Virus record (IMG/VR): IMGVR_UViG_3300037423_000960
Span: 1-64,000 of that record
Source of the DNA: a virus
Lineage: Duplodnaviria > Caudoviricetes
Reading direction: 5' to 3' (one strand)
Length of the DNA: 64,000 bases
In this document: positions 63,732-64,000 of the stretch, piece by piece
How the letters are laid out: every line of letters starts with the position of its first letter
How positions within the stretch are numbered: position 1 is the first letter of the stretch
Notes under the pieces: generated by a model
Told to the model about the DNA's origin: nothing
Seen by the model: the letters and a program-made list of their open reading frames with translations, nothing else
The model's database searches: none
Translations under genes and position numbers: made by a program

Positions 63732-63760
63732 GCGGTAGCACGGCGAGAAGAGACTGACAA
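63732..63760 (-). promoter_or_regulatory. TTGTCA-class promoter; predicted leaderless start at ATG 63725
   Basis: TTGTCA-N17-TACCGC; ATG begins 7 nt after the -10; AT-rich upstream. Confidence 0.55.
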
Positions 63761-63898
63761 TATATTTCGAATTTTCGAGTCGAGAATTTAAGATTGCGCT
63801 CACTGAGGCCCGCGTGGGTGGGCGGGCGTATATGGGGCCAAGGTACCATAGCGCCTTGGCCGTAGCCGCCCGCAAACGCCTGCTAGGGCGCAAAGCAA

Positions 63899-63968
63899 TG
63901 CCGCCCGCTACCATGTAGCGGGCGGCACGTTGGCATGGCTTGGCGCGCGTTTAGCGGGCGCGCGGCCA
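63899..63968. repeat. Cluster of GC-rich inverted repeats
   Basis: TGCCGCCCGCTAC-CAT-GTAGCGGGCGGCA (13-bp perfect stem) followed by TTGGCGCGCG...CGCGCGGCCAA. Confidence 0.75.
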
Positions 63969-64000
63969 ATGCGGCGCAACGCCGTTAGCAATGCGCGCCC

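Noticed and set aside
1-64000. CRISPR array, integrase/att site, transposon, group I/II intron, or inteins in Pol, RNR or TerL
   Set aside because: I saw no regularly spaced repeats and no recombinase or transposase motifs, and the core enzymes have ordinary lengths with uninterrupted motifs.
1-64000. TAG stop-codon reassignment (alternative genetic code)
   Set aside because: TAG terminates many full-length conserved genes at the expected positions, coding density is high under code 11, and no suppressor tRNA was seen.

Overview
This 64 kb window is most or all of the genome of a lytic tailed dsDNA phage with a long-tail (siphovirus) layout. Its gene content resembles the YuA/M6-like phages. 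The host is probably an Alphaproteobacterium, inferred from a ChvI-like regulator domain and promoters with GCTA-type -10 boxes. I found no integrase, canonical tRNA or CRISPR array. Positions 1-11.9 kb are mostly plus-strand accessory genes, with an M15 endolysin, an ATP-dependent ligase and a minus-strand primase-helicase. Positions 12-34 kb (minus strand) carry a C1A protease, class II RNR, terminase, exonucleases, helicases, dUTPase, PolA and a thymidine-modification cluster. Positions 34-63.7 kb (minus strand) carry the tail, head and portal genes and a short C5-methyltransferase-like gene. The leading candidates for new biology are: (1) a hydroxymethyl-dU pathway that pairs a TAGT/GREB1-like glycosyltransferase with an aGPT-Pplase1-type protein but has no recognisable P-loop DNA kinase, suggesting a sugar-modified T; (2) a receiver-less protein with two ChvI/OmpR-type DNA-binding domains; (3) a Hint autoprocessing domain capping the 1587-aa tail fibre; and (4) a genome-wide TTGTCA-N17-TA promoter class. 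All family assignments come from motif recognition by eye, not database searches.
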